DNA of 51,693 bases from Alphaproteobacteria bacterium (GTDB lineage: Bacteria > Pseudomonadota > Alphaproteobacteria > DATDPM01): NCBI GenBank assembly GCA_036475545.1, contig JAZGAE010000098.1, forward strand, positions 1 to 51,693, in the 5' to 3' direction. The position numbers and the translations under genes were made by a program. This document shows, one piece after another, positions 1 through 13,257 of the stretch; positions within the stretch are counted from its first letter, which is position 1; each line of letters starts with the position of its first letter. Under the pieces are notes generated by a model that searched no databases, was not told where the DNA came from, and worked only from the letters and a program-made list of their open reading frames with translations.

Positions 1-158
1 AGCCCGGCCCGGCGCAGCCCGAAGGGCCGGGGTCTTTTGCGGCCACGGGTTCGTAGCAAAGCTCGCGCGGTGGCACCGCTACGTGCTTCGCCCCGCTCCT
101 GCCCGCGGCACAAAATTCCTCCGGCGCGGCCCGTTCAACTTGACCGGATTACGCTCTA
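1..158. mobile_element. MITE-like interspersed repeat (family A), truncated by window start
   Basis: Near-identical reverse complement of 51423-51580; ends in ...CCGTTCAACTTGACCGGATTACGCTCTA; no transposase. Confidence 0.8.
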
Positions 159-179
159 AACGGCGCCTAAGCGGCCCAC

Positions 180-1688
180 TCACTTCGATTTCGCGGCGAA
201 GCGGATGGCCTCTTGGGCGGCGCGGATCAGCGCCTGGGCCTTGTCGCGGGTCTCCTGGTACTCGGCTTCCGGGTCGCTGTCGGCCACGATGCCGCCGCCG
301 GCCTGGATGTACATGACGCCGTCCTTCACCACCGCGGTCCTGAGCGCGATGCAGGTATCCATGTCGCCGTCGCAGGAGAAGTACCCCACCGCGCCGGCGT
401 AGATGTTGCGGCGGCAGTTCTCCAGCTCGTCGATGATCTCCATGGCGCGCACCTTGGGCGCGCCGCTCACGGTGCCGGCCGGAAAGCCGCCGATGAGCGC
501 CTCCATGGCGTCGAACCCTTGGTCGATCTCGCCCTCGACGTTGGAGACGATGTGCATCACGTGCGAGTAGTACTCGATCGTCATCTGGTCGGTGACCCGG
601 ACCGTGCCCGTCTTGGCGACGCGGCCCACGTCGTTGCGGCCGAGATCCAAGAGCATCAGGTGCTCGGCGATCTCCTTGGGGTCCGACAGCAAATCATTGG
701 CGAGCGCCCGGTCCTCGGCCGCGTTCGCCCCGCGTGGCCGCGTGCCCGCGATCGGGCGGATGGTGATGACGCCGTCCCGGAGCCGCACCAGGATCTCGGG
801 GCTGGAGCCCACCACCGCGAAGTCCCCGAAGTCGAAGTAGAACAGGAACGGCGAGGGGTTGAGCCGCCGCAGCGCCCGGTAGAGCGGGAACGGCGGCAGC
901 GCGAAGGGGACCGAGAACCGTTGCGAGGGGACCACCTGGAGGATGTCGCCGGCCAGGATGTATTCCTTCGCTCGTTTGACCAGCGCGTGGTACTCGGCCC
1001 GGGTCATGTTCGAGACCGGCTCGGGCAGCTCCGCGGCCTCCCTCGCGGGAACGTGGCCGAGGGAGAGCTGGCGCTCGAACCTGGCGGCCACCTCCTCGAG
1101 GCGCGCGCAGGCGCCATCGTAGGCGGTCCGCGCGTCCACGCCCTTCTCGGGCCATGCGGGGGTGATGACGAAGACGCTGTCCTCGATGGTGTCGAACACC
1201 GCCATCACCGTGGGCCGCAGGAACATCGCGTCCGGAAGCCCGAGCAGGTCGGGGTTGGTGTCCGGCAACCCCTCCATGAGCCGCACCATGTCGTAGCCCA
1301 TGTAGCCGAAGAGGCCCGAGGCCATGGGCGGCAGCTCTTCCGGAATCTCGATCCTGGACTCGGCGAGCAAGGCCCTGAGCGACTCGAGGGCGCCGTCGGC
1401 GCAAGGCTCGAAGGCGTCCGGGTCTTGCGCCGGGCGGCGGTTGACCTCGCCCTTGTCGCCCCGGCAGCGCCAGATCACGTCCGGGTCGAGGCCGATGACG
1501 GAGTAGCGCCCGCGAATGGAGCCTCCCTCGACCGACTCGAGCAGGAAGCTGTTGGGCCGCCCGTCCGCCAGCTTGAGCATGGCGGAGACCGGCGTCTCCA
1601 GGTCGGCCACCAGCAGGGTCCAGACGAGCTGCGGCCGGTTCGCCTCGTAAGCGGCGGCGAAGGAGGCGAAGTCCGGGTCCGGCCTCAT
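180..1688 (-). CDS. trpE: Anthranilate synthase component I
   Basis: LLESVEGG, NPSPFLF, RPIAGTRPRG, EHLMLLDLGRND, FPAGTVSGAPK, QAGGGIVADS motifs. Confidence 0.96.
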   Translation of the reverse strand: MRPDPDFASFAAAYEANRPQLVWTLLVADLETPVSAMLKLADGRPNSFLLESVEGGSIRGRYSVIGLDPDVIWRCRGDKGEVNRRPAQDPDAFEPCADGALESLRALLAESRIEIPEELPPMASGLFGYMGYDMVRLMEGLPDTNPDLLGLPDAMFLRPTVMAVFDTIEDSVFVITPAWPEKGVDARTAYDGACARLEEVAARFERQLSLGHVPAREAAELPEPVSNMTRAEYHALVKRAKEYILAGDILQVVPSQRFSVPFALPPFPLYRALRRLNPSPFLFYFDFGDFAVVGSSPEILVRLRDGVITIRPIAGTRPRGANAAEDRALANDLLSDPKEIAEHLMLLDLGRNDVGRVAKTGTVRVTDQMTIEYYSHVMHIVSNVEGEIDQGFDAMEALIGGFPAGTVSGAPKVRAMEIIDELENCRRNIYAGAVGYFSCDGDMDTCIALRTAVVKDGVMYIQAGGGIVADSDPEAEYQETRDKAQALIRAAQEAIRFAAKSK

Positions 1689-1700
1689 CGCCTGGATCGC

Positions 1701-3569
1701 TCAGAAGAGGGCGTCGATCGCACGCCTGTTGATCTCGACCTCGTACTGGTCGTAGAGCGTGCGATGGTACTGGGCGAGCAGGTCGGAGGCGAATGCCTCC
1801 CGCAGCTGTCCCGTGACCCTCTCGACGCCTTCCTTGTCGGCGCCCGGCTCGGCGGGCCGGATCTCCTTGATCTGGGCCAGCATGTAGCCGTCCGCCGCCT
1901 CGGCGGTGGCGATCCCTTGGATCGGCGCCTCGAACAGCTTGGTCACGAGAGCAGGCGGAAGGGCAAGGGTGCTCCGGATGAAGGGCTCGGTCGTGGTCAC
2001 CTCGAGGCCCATCTCGGCGGCCACCTCGTTGAGCGCCGCGCCCCCTGTGACCTTTTCCGCCATAGCCTGCGCCCGGGCTTGCGCCGCCTTGTGGCGCTCG
2101 TTGGCCCGCCACGCCTCGGCCACCTGGCTGCGAACCGACTCCAGGGGCTTGAGCGCCGACGGCGTCACCCTGTCCACGCGCAGCATGAAGTAGCCGCCGT
2201 CCGGCGTCTCGGTGAGCAGGCTCTCCTCGCCCTTGGCCGTCGCGAACGCCGTCTTCAGGAAGCCTCCGCCCGGCAAGCCCTCGATCGGTTGGCCCCGGGC
2301 ATCGCCGCCCTCGCGGTCCACCGCCTCGAGGGTGAAGGGCTTGAGGTTCACCCGCGCCGCCGCCTCCTGGAGACTGGCTCCGCCCGCGAGCGCGTCCTCG
2401 AACTGGTTGGCGATGCTGTAGATGCTGTCGATGACGCGCTCTTCGGCGATCTCCGCGCGAAGTTCCGGCTTAGCTTCCTCGAAGCTGCGCGTCTCTTGCG
2501 CCTCGGTCTCGGTTGCCTGAAGAATGTGCCAGCCGAGCGCGCTCTTGACGGGGTCCGAGATGTCGCCCGCCTCGAGCGCGAAAGCGGCCTCGGCAAGCGG
2601 CTCGGGGAGGCCCCCCTTCGTGATCCATCCGATGACGAGGTCGGCCTCCTCCTTGCCGGCGATCTCCTTGGCCACCTCGGCGAAGTCGCGCCCCTCCGCC
2701 AGCATTTTCCGGGCGCGGGAAGCCTCGACCTCGTCGTCCAGCAGGATCTGCCGCAGGTTGCGCCGCTCCGGAGTCGTGAACCGCCCAAAGCTGTCGTCGT
2801 AGAGCTGACGCAATTCGTCGTCGGAGACGGTGATCTCGTCGGCGAGCGCCTTCAGGTCGAGGCTCACCACCGTGAGCGCGCGATACTCCGGCGCGGTGAA
2901 CCGCTCCGCGTGCTCCCGGTGAAAGACTTCGAGCGCGGCCTCTCCCGGCTCGCCGACGCCGGTGATGCTGGCATCCGCGACCAGCACCGCCTCCGCGACG
3001 CGCTCCTCCCCGCGCAGGCGGTAAAGGGCCTCGCGCATCGACCGCGGGGCACTGGCGCCGGCGATGATCGACGTGACGAGGCCGTTGCTCGCGAGATCGC
3101 GGCGCAACGCGGCGACGTAGGCCTCTTCCGAAAAGCCGGCCTGCCGATACGCCTGCTCGAAAGCGAGTGTGTCGAACGCGCCGCCGGGGCCCTTGAACGC
3201 GGGGTTGTTCAATATGTTCTCGCGCACCAGGTCGTCGCTGACGGCGAGACCGAGGTCGCCGGCTGCGACGTCGAAGACCGCGCCGCTCACCAGGTTGCGA
3301 ATGACGGTTTCGCGAAATCCGAGCGTTTCCGCCAGCTCGGCGTCCAGCTTGCCACGGAACGCCGGTTGCATCTGTGCGATGTACCGCTGATACGCGGTGA
3401 TCAGCTCCTGGCCCGTGATGCCGCGGTCGCCGACCTCGATGACGATGGTGTCCCGGCCCGGCCCGCGGAAGATGTCGCCGATGCCCCAGACCGCGAAGCT
3501 GAGCACGAGGATCCCGAACAGGCCCTTCATGACCCAGGAAGCAGCGCTCTTGCGAAGGGTATTCAGCAT
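1701..3569 (-). CDS. ppiD: SurA-N/parvulin-type periplasmic chaperone (PpiD)
   Basis: Start placed at MLNTLRK; N-terminal TM ending SFAVWGIGD; PEYR/PERR and DPVKSALGWHIL rotamase-like motifs; usual position between tpiA and trpE. Confidence 0.88.
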   Translation of the reverse strand: MLNTLRKSAASWVMKGLFGILVLSFAVWGIGDIFRGPGRDTIVIEVGDRGITGQELITAYQRYIAQMQPAFRGKLDAELAETLGFRETVIRNLVSGAVFDVAAGDLGLAVSDDLVRENILNNPAFKGPGGAFDTLAFEQAYRQAGFSEEAYVAALRRDLASNGLVTSIIAGASAPRSMREALYRLRGEERVAEAVLVADASITGVGEPGEAALEVFHREHAERFTAPEYRALTVVSLDLKALADEITVSDDELRQLYDDSFGRFTTPERRNLRQILLDDEVEASRARKMLAEGRDFAEVAKEIAGKEEADLVIGWITKGGLPEPLAEAAFALEAGDISDPVKSALGWHILQATETEAQETRSFEEAKPELRAEIAEERVIDSIYSIANQFEDALAGGASLQEAAARVNLKPFTLEAVDREGGDARGQPIEGLPGGGFLKTAFATAKGEESLLTETPDGGYFMLRVDRVTPSALKPLESVRSQVAEAWRANERHKAAQARAQAMAEKVTGGAALNEVAAEMGLEVTTTEPFIRSTLALPPALVTKLFEAPIQGIATAEAADGYMLAQIKEIRPAEPGADKEGVERVTGQLREAFASDLLAQYHRTLYDQYEVEINRRAIDALF

Positions 3570-3825
3570 GGAAAAAAGAAGCCCCCTCAAATGGTTAAGC
3601 CGCGACGCGCGGTCACGGCCGGCGGCGCGCGGAATGATAAGGGCGCGCCTTCGCCCCCGCAACAGGGGATTTCCGGACCGCTCGCGCTGGCGGTGGAAAA
3701 GGCTCTCCCCTCGTGATAAAGAGGCGCGGCGCGTTCGCCCGGTCGGGCCTTGCGGGGGCGGCAGGGCCGTGGCAGGGGCGCAATCGCGAGGACGGGATGG
3801 ACCGAAGGTGGAGCGGCCCTGAGCG

Positions 3826-4584
3826 ATGACTGCGGATCGGCACCATTTGTTCGCCGGTAACTGGAAGATGCACGGGCTGCGTGTGGACGGCATCGCTCTG
3901 GCGAAGGGCTTGGTGGAACGCGGTCGGGCGGCTCCGCAAGCGGCTTTCGAGATGGTGGTTTGCCCGCCCGCCACCCTGGTGCGGGCGGTGGCGGAGGCGG
4001 TGGCCGGGAGCGCGCTCGCGGTCGGCGGACAGGACTGTCACCCCGACGAGAGCGGCGCCCACACCGGCGACGTCAGCGCCGCCATGCTGCGGGACGCGGG
4101 CTGCGCGTTCGTGATCGTCGGCCATTCCGAGCGCCGCTCGGACCACGGCGAGACCGACGAGCTCGTTCGGGCCAAGGCGGCGGCCGCCCACGGGGCGGGG
4201 CTCATCGCCATCGTCTGCATCGGCGAAATCGAAGCCGAGCGCGACCGCGGCCAAACCATCGAGGTCGTCTCGCGCCAGCTCGAGGGCTCCTTGCCTCGGG
4301 GCGCGAGTGCGGAAAACACCGTGATCGCCTACGAGCCGGTCTGGGCCATCGGCACGGGTAGGACCCCGACGGCAGAGGAGATCGCGGCGGTCCACGGCGA
4401 GATCCGGGCGCGGCTCGCCCGCCTCGTCGCCGGGGCGGAGCGGGTGCGGATCCTTTACGGGGGTTCGGTGAACCCCGGGAATTCGGCCGGGATCCTGGCG
4501 CTTGACGATGTCGATGGCGCGCTGGTCGGCGGCGCCAGCCTGAAAGTCGACGATTTTTGGGCGATCGCCCAAAGTTGTCCCTAG
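3826..4584 (+). CDS. tpiA: Triosephosphate isomerase
   Basis: AGNWKM, GHSERR, AYEPVWAIGTG, LYGGSV, LVGGASL. Confidence 0.98.
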   Translation: MTADRHHLFAGNWKMHGLRVDGIALAKGLVERGRAAPQAAFEMVVCPPATLVRAVAEAVAGSALAVGGQDCHPDESGAHTGDVSAAMLRDAGCAFVIVGHSERRSDHGETDELVRAKAAAAHGAGLIAIVCIGEIEAERDRGQTIEVVSRQLEGSLPRGASAENTVIAYEPVWAIGTGRTPTAEEIAAVHGEIRARLARLVAGAERVRILYGGSVNPGNSAGILALDDVDGALVGGASLKVDDFWAIAQSCP

Positions 4585-4687
4585 CGATGGGCGCGGGAAC
4601 CCTTTAAATAGCGCCCTGAGTTTTCTCTTCGCGCCGACGGCCCTCGGGTCGGGAGCCGGTGGCGGAACGCGGGATACGAGCGAGGCC

Positions 4688-5008
4688 ATGGAAGCAGTTC
4701 TTCTCGTCGTTCACCTCATGCTGGCGATCATCCTGGTGGGGACCGTCCTGCTCCAGCGGAGCGAGGGCGGGGGCCTCGGCATCGGCGGTGGCGGTATGGG
4801 GGGGCTGATGAGCGGCCGGTCCGCGACGAATCTCTTGACCCGGGTCACGGCCGTGCTCGCCGGCCTCTTCATGTTGACGAGCCTGGCGCTGGCCATCGTC
4901 GCGGCGGGCGAGCGCGAGCCGACCTCCATCCTCGATCAGCCGCCCGCGGCCACCGAACCGGTGGCGCCGGAGCAACCGGTAGGACCGCAGGTGCCGCTCG
5001 CCCGATGA
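4688..5008 (+). CDS. secG: Preprotein translocase subunit SecG
   Basis: Two TM helices around VLLQRSEGGGLG...NLLTRVT; tpiA-secG-pyrG synteny. Confidence 0.95.
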   Translation: MEAVLLVVHLMLAIILVGTVLLQRSEGGGLGIGGGGMGGLMSGRSATNLLTRVTAVLAGLFMLTSLALAIVAAGEREPTSILDQPPAATEPVAPEQPVGPQVPLAR

Positions 5009-6754
<1,746 letters not shown>

Positions 6755-6771
6755 TCCGCGGGCTTGGCTCG

Positions 6772-7614
6772 ATGACGGACGTGCGCCACGTCACCATAGG
6801 TCCGGTCACCCTCGGCAACGACCTGCCGCTGGCGCTGATCGCGGGGCCGTGCGCGCTGGAATCCCGCGGCCACGCTCTGGAGACGGCGGGCGCGCTCAAG
6901 GAGATCACGGACGAGCTTGGCATCGGCTTCATCTACAAGACCTCCTTCGACAAGGCCAACCGCACCTCTCTTGCGAGCTCGCGCGGCGTCGGCTTGGAAG
7001 AGGGGCTCCCCATATTGGCGGAAGTGCGCGAGACCGTCGGCTGCCCGGTGCTGACCGACGTGCACACGCCGGAGCAGTGCGCGCCTGTGGCCGAGGCCGT
7101 GGATGTCCTCCAGATCCCGGCCTTCCTCTGCCGCCAGACCGACCTCCTGCTGGCGGCGGCCAACACGGGCCGCGCGCTGAACATCAAGAAGGGGCAGTTC
7201 CTGGCGCCCTGGGACATGGCGAACGTCGTCGCCAAGGTGGAATCGACCAATAACCGCAACGTGCTGGTGACCGAGCGCGGCGTGAGCTTCGGCTACAACA
7301 CCCTGGTCTCCGACATGCGCGCGCTGCCCGTGCTCGCCGGTCTCGGCTATCCGGTGGTGTTCGACGCCACCCACTCGGTGCAGCAGCCCGGTGGCCGGGG
7401 AACCACGACCGGGGGTGAGCGCGCGTTCGTGCCGGTGCTCGCGCGGGCCGCCGTCTCTGTGGGCGTCGCCGCCCTGTTCGTGGAGACCCACCAGGACCCG
7501 GACGACGCGCCCTCCGATGGGCCCAACATGATGCGGCTCGATGCCATGCGCGACTTCCTCGAGACGCTCCAGGAGTTCGACCGGCTCGCCAAGGAGAGGC
7601 CGATCGCCCCATGA
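6772..7614 (+). CDS. kdsA: KDO8P synthase
   Basis: [46 protein letters not shown]; start at ATG 6772. Confidence 0.97.
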   Translation: MTDVRHVTIGPVTLGNDLPLALIAGPCALESRGHALETAGALKEITDELGIGFIYKTSFDKANRTSLASSRGVGLEEGLPILAEVRETVGCPVLTDVHTPEQCAPVAEAVDVLQIPAFLCRQTDLLLAAANTGRALNIKKGQFLAPWDMANVVAKVESTNNRNVLVTERGVSFGYNTLVSDMRALPVLAGLGYPVVFDATHSVQQPGGRGTTTGGERAFVPVLARAAVSVGVAALFVETHQDPDDAPSDGPNMMRLDAMRDFLETLQEFDRLAKERPIAP

Positions 7615-8480
7615 TGCATCCTGGTGCGGCGATGCCCGCCGCTACCTTTTTCTTGATGGTCCTGTTCGTGGCCTTGTTTGGTGCAGGTGCGCGGGCTCAA
7701 GAGCCCGGATATCTCGAGAAAGCGGTCTGCGGCGCGCTGACCGAGAGGGTGGGGTTCTTCCTCCTGCGGGCCGTGGCGGGCCGGCCTCGGCTCGACCGGT
7801 CCGAGGCGATCGAAGGGCTCGAGCCGGTCTCCTTCCGCACCAAGGACCAGCGCCTTCTCGGCGGGTACAAGCACCGCGCGATCGTGCCGGCGGGCTTGGC
7901 CCCACGCGGCTACGTGCTGGTGACCCAGGGCAACGCCATGCTGGCCGAGCACACCGTGCCGGTGCTGAGGTTCTTCGCGCAAGCCGGCTTCGACGCCTTC
8001 GCCTTCGACTTCCGGGGCTACGGCACATCCGAAGGCCGCAGCCGAATGGCGGCGATCCTGTCGGACTATGTCGAGATCATCGGCCATCTGAACGGGAAGG
8101 GCTACACGAAGAGCCTCCTGTACGGCATGTCCCTGGGCGGCGTGATCTTTCTCAACGCCATCGGCGCCGGGGTCTCGTTCGATGCGGCGGTGATCGATTC
8201 GGCGCCCAGCCGCATCACCCGGTACGGCTGCCCGAGCGAGCTGAACCCTGTCGACAACGTGCCGCGGGACTGCTCGAACCTCATGGTCATCGTCGGCGGC
8301 AGCGACAGGGTGGTGCCGCTCAAGGACTCGCGAGAGCTCGCCGAGTCGGTGGCGGCGCGAGGCGGCACCATCGTCCGCCGCGACGAATTCGCGCACCCGT
8401 TTCAGGACGTAAGCATCGGGGTGGCGTTGGCCCGCCTGGAACTGGTCCGGGAGTTCTTCGAGGGCACGATCGGCCGATAG
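7611..8480 (+). CDS. Exported alpha/beta hydrolase
   Basis: Signal peptide ending ARA; FDFRGYG, nucleophile elbow GMSLGG, candidate Asp (GSDRVVP) and His (FAHPF). Confidence 0.8.
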   Translation: MMHPGAAMPAATFFLMVLFVALFGAGARAQEPGYLEKAVCGALTERVGFFLLRAVAGRPRLDRSEAIEGLEPVSFRTKDQRLLGGYKHRAIVPAGLAPRGYVLVTQGNAMLAEHTVPVLRFFAQAGFDAFAFDFRGYGTSEGRSRMAAILSDYVEIIGHLNGKGYTKSLLYGMSLGGVIFLNAIGAGVSFDAAVIDSAPSRITRYGCPSELNPVDNVPRDCSNLMVIVGGSDRVVPLKDSRELAESVAARGGTIVRRDEFAHPFQDVSIGVALARLELVREFFEGTIGR

Positions 8481-8689
8481 GCGGCCAGCCCCTCGCCGCC
8501 AGCGCCGCGGACAAGGCCGGCAATCCCGTGATCGAGGTCTATCTGGCGGTGGGCGGGAACGCTGCCGTCATTGGTCCCCGGATCCCCGATGAGATCGAGG
8601 GTGCCTTCGTCGCGCCCGTCTCGATAATCGCCGCCGGTCGTCGCGCTTGCATGGGCGATCACCGCCGGGTATCTGTTGCCGACCTTTGA

Positions 8690-9991
<1,302 letters not shown>

Positions 9992-10073
9992 TTCGCTTTT
10001 CCGGGGGCGGACGCCGGCTCTTCAATCATCGTTCCAACAGGCGGGCCTGAGCGGCGGGGCGCGAACGTTTTTG

Positions 10074-10102
10074 TTGACCGCGTGGATTCGTCTGTGATTC
10101 CC
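10074..10102 (+). promoter_or_regulatory. Putative ftsB promoter overlapping GANTC sites
   Basis: TTGACC at 10074-10079; GATTC at 10085 and 10096. Confidence 0.4.
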
Positions 10103-10110
10103 TGCGGGCC

Positions 10111-10500
10111 ATGTCCGTTCTCAAGGAGATCCGCCGCCGCGTGCGCCATGTCTGGGGGCCGGTGCTTGCGGCCGCGGTCATCGGCTATCTCGGGTATCAC
10201 GCGGTGCAGGGAGAGCGCGGCCTCATCGCCTGGTGGCAGGTCACCCAGCAGATCGAGCGGTCGGAGGCGACGCTCGCCGAGGTCCGCGCCGAGCGGGAGG
10301 CGCTGGAACGGCGCGTGGGGTTGCTTCAGCCCGAGAGCCTCGACCCCGACATGCTGGACGAGCGCGCGCGCATCATGCTCAATCTGGCGCGGCCCGACGA
10401 GGTGGTCATCCTGAACGAGGACGGCGAGGACGGCGGGCGCGCCCCCTCCGGCGACGTCGGGCGCGGCTCCGGCAAGCAATGGATCGGCGAGATCCGTTGA
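10111..10500 (+). CDS. ftsB: Septum formation initiator (FtsB/DivIC)
   Basis: One TM, GERGL, coiled coil, SLDPDMLDERAR; follows eno. Confidence 0.9.
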   Translation: MSVLKEIRRRVRHVWGPVLAAAVIGYLGYHAVQGERGLIAWWQVTQQIERSEATLAEVRAEREALERRVGLLQPESLDPDMLDERARIMLNLARPDEVVILNEDGEDGGRAPSGDVGRGSGKQWIGEIR

Positions 10501-10772
10501 ACGCCGGTCCGCTTGGCCAAGAATTGCTCCATTCGTGATCGCACGGGCCGCCTAGTTTTTGCGGATCGGAACCGGGCCGCGCCGGCCCCTCTGACCCGCA
10601 ATCGGGCAGGTGTTCCTCGGGCCTGCGAATCTTTACAAAGAATCAACGGATTCCCGGCACCCTGCGCCGGTGTGCGGTCTCTTGAACGATTGCGCGATCC
10701 GGGCTACCTCTTTCCTATTGCCGGAGAGCCAAGCGTCCCGCCAGGGCGTCTCGGTGCCGAGGAAAGTCAGGG

Positions 10773-11807
10773 ATGGTAACGACCAGGCCCAAACCCGCGC
10801 GTAAGCCCAGTTCCCGCAAGAAGGCTCCGGCGTCACGGGAGTCGCTGCTCGAATACTACCGCGACATGCTGCTGATCCGCCGCTTCGAGGAGAAGGCGGG
10901 CCAGCTTTACGGCATGGGGCTGATCGGCGGGTTCTGCCACCTCTACATCGGCCAGGAAGCGGTCATCACCGGCATGATGTCGGCGATCACCCCGGAGGAT
11001 CTCATCCTCACCAGCTACCGCGATCACGGCCACATGCTGGCCTGCGGCATGGACCCCGGCGGCGTGATGGCCGAGCTCGCGGGCCGCGTCGGCGGATACT
11101 CCAAGGGCAAGGGCGGCTCCATGCACATGTTCAGCCGCGAGAAGAACTTCTACGGCGGCCACGGCATCGTCGGCGCGCAGGTGCCCGTCGGCACCGGCAT
11201 CGCCTTCGCCCTCAGGTACTTGGACCGCAAGCGCGAGGGGCCGCCGCGGGTGTGCCTCACGTTCTTCGGCGAGGGCGCCGCGAACCAGGGCCAGGTCTAC
11301 GAGTCCTTCAACATGGGGGCGTTGTGGGGGCTCCCCGTCGTCTACGTCATCGAGAACAACAAGTACGGCATGGGCACGTCCGAAGAGCGCGCCGCCGCGG
11401 GCACCGGGCTCTTCCGGCGGGGCGAGGCCTACGGCATCCCCGGCATGCGTGTGGACGGCATGGACGTGCTCGCGGTGGCGAAGGCCGGGAAGAAGGCGGT
11501 GGCGCATTGCCGCGCCGGAAAGGGGCCCTACGTGCTCGAGGTGAAGACCTACCGCTATCGCGGGCATTCCATGTCCGATCCCGCGAAGTACCGCTCCCGG
11601 GAGGAGGTCGCCAAGGTCCGCGCCGAGCGCGACCCCATCGACTATGTCCGCGACCTGCTCCTCGAGCACAAGCTCGCCAGCCAGGACGAGCTCAAGGTGA
11701 TCGACCGCGAGGTCAGGGAGATCGTCTCGAAGGCGGCGGAGTTCGCCCAGGAGAGCCCCGAGCCCGACCCGGCGGAGCTCTACACCGACGTGCTGGCGGA
11801 GGCCTGA
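10773..11807 (+). CDS. pdhA: Pyruvate dehydrogenase E1 alpha
   Basis: GFCHLYIGQEA, GKGGSMH, GEGAANQGQ TPP motif, TYRYRGHSMSD. Confidence 0.97.
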   Translation: MVTTRPKPARKPSSRKKAPASRESLLEYYRDMLLIRRFEEKAGQLYGMGLIGGFCHLYIGQEAVITGMMSAITPEDLILTSYRDHGHMLACGMDPGGVMAELAGRVGGYSKGKGGSMHMFSREKNFYGGHGIVGAQVPVGTGIAFALRYLDRKREGPPRVCLTFFGEGAANQGQVYESFNMGALWGLPVVYVIENNKYGMGTSEERAAAGTGLFRRGEAYGIPGMRVDGMDVLAVAKAGKKAVAHCRAGKGPYVLEVKTYRYRGHSMSDPAKYRSREEVAKVRAERDPIDYVRDLLLEHKLASQDELKVIDREVREIVSKAAEFAQESPEPDPAELYTDVLAEA

Positions 11808-11813
11808 GCCATC

Positions 11814-13223
11814 ATGGCGATCGAGGTCCTGATGCCGGCGCTCTCGCCCACCATGACCGAGGGCAAGCTCGCCAGGTGGTACAAGGGGCCGGGCGACGAG
11901 GTGGCCGCCGGCGACGTGCTGGCGGAGATCGAGACCGACAAGGCGACCATGGAACTCGAGGCCGTCGACGACGGCCGGCTGGGCCGCATCCTCGTGGCCG
12001 AGGGCGCGGAGAACGTGCCCGTGAACACGCCCATCGCGGTGTTGCTCGAGGAGGGGGAGGAAGAGGAGCCCGCCCCGGTCGCCGCGCCGCGGCCGCAAGC
12101 CCCGGCTCCGCCGGAGGTCCCTCGGGCCGAGGCCCCGCCCACGGCGCCGCCTGAGCCCGCAGCGGCGCCTGAGCCCGCAGCGGCGCCGGCCGCGGCGCCT
12201 GTGCCGCCTGCCGCGCCCGAGGAGGCGCCGGCGGGCGAGACCGTGACGCTCACCACCCGCGAGGCGCTCCGCGACGCCATGGCCGAGGAGATGCGGCGCG
12301 ACGAGAGGGTCTTCCTCATGGGCGAGGAGGTCGCCGAATACGAGGGCGCGTACAAGGTCAGCCAAGGGCTCTTGGCGGAGTTCGGGCCCGAGCGGGTGAT
12401 CGACACGCCGATCACCGAGATGGGCTTCGCCGGCCTCGGGGTCGGCGCCGCTTTCGCCGGGCTTCGCCCCATCGTCGAGTTCATGACCTTCAACTTCTCG
12501 ATGCAGGCCATCGACCAGGTCATCAACTCGGCGGCGAAGACGCTCTATATGTCCGGCGGCCAGATCAACTGCCCGATCGTGTTCCGCGGCCCCAACGGGC
12601 CGGCCTCTCGCGTCGCCGCCCAGCACTCTCAAGACTTCGCCAGCTGGTACGTCCACTGTCCGGGGCTGAAGGTCGTCGCCCCCTATTCGGCCGCGGACGC
12701 CAAGGGCCTCTTGAAGTCGGCCATCCGCGACCCCAATCCCGTTGTGTTTCTCGAGAACGAGATCCTGTACGGCCGCGCCTCCGAGGTGCCGGTGGACCCG
12801 GACTTCGTGGTGCCCATCGGCAGGGCCAAGATCCTGCGCCAAGGCAAGGACGTCACCATTGTCGCCTTTTCCCGGATGTGCGAGGTGGCGGTGCAGGCCG
12901 CGGAAATCCTGGCGGCGGAGGGGATCGAGGCCGAGGTGGTGGACCTGAGGACGCTGCGCCCCATGGATGCGGCGGCCATCGTCGCCTCGGTCAGGAAGAC
13001 CAACCGCGTCGTGACGGTGGAGGAGGGCTGGCCGGTGGCCGGCATCGGGGCGGAGGTCGCCGCGGTGATCATGGAACAGGCCTTCGACGACCTGGACGCG
13101 CCGGTGGCCCGCGTCACCGGGGCCGACGTGCCGATGCCTTACGCCGCCAACCTCGAAGCTCTGGCCGTGCCGCAGCCCGAGACGGTCGCTTCCGCCGCGC
13201 GCTCGGTCTGCTACCGCGGTTGA
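11814..13223 (+). CDS. pdhB: Pyruvate dehydrogenase E1 beta with N-terminal lipoyl domain
   Basis: ETDKA lipoyl-Lys motif, Pro/Ala linker, [14 protein letters not shown]. Confidence 0.97.
   Translation: MAIEVLMPALSPTMTEGKLARWYKGPGDEVAAGDVLAEIETDKATMELEAVDDGRLGRILVAEGAENVPVNTPIAVLLEEGEEEEPAPVAAPRPQAPAPPEVPRAEAPPTAPPEPAAAPEPAAAPAAAPVPPAAPEEAPAGETVTLTTREALRDAMAEEMRRDERVFLMGEEVAEYEGAYKVSQGLLAEFGPERVIDTPITEMGFAGLGVGAAFAGLRPIVEFMTFNFSMQAIDQVINSAAKTLYMSGGQINCPIVFRGPNGPASRVAAQHSQDFASWYVHCPGLKVVAPYSAADAKGLLKSAIRDPNPVVFLENEILYGRASEVPVDPDFVVPIGRAKILRQGKDVTIVAFSRMCEVAVQAAEILAAEGIEAEVVDLRTLRPMDAAAIVASVRKTNRVVTVEEGWPVAGIGAEVAAVIMEQAFDDLDAPVARVTGADVPMPYAANLEALAVPQPETVASAARSVCYRG
12149..12184 (+). repeat. 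18-bp tandem repeat x2 in PdhB linker
   Basis: GCCTGAGCCCGCAGCGGC twice (PEPAAA). Confidence 0.8.
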
Positions 13224-13257
13224 ATGCGGCGGCGGTGGCCGCGGGGAAGGATCGCTC

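Noticed and set aside
213-3716. 1167-aa + strand ORF and similar long ORFs (10833-13937, 14322-16007, 34701-36467, 38787-40448)
   Set aside because: Antisense shadows of real genes in high-GC DNA; no motifs or RBS.
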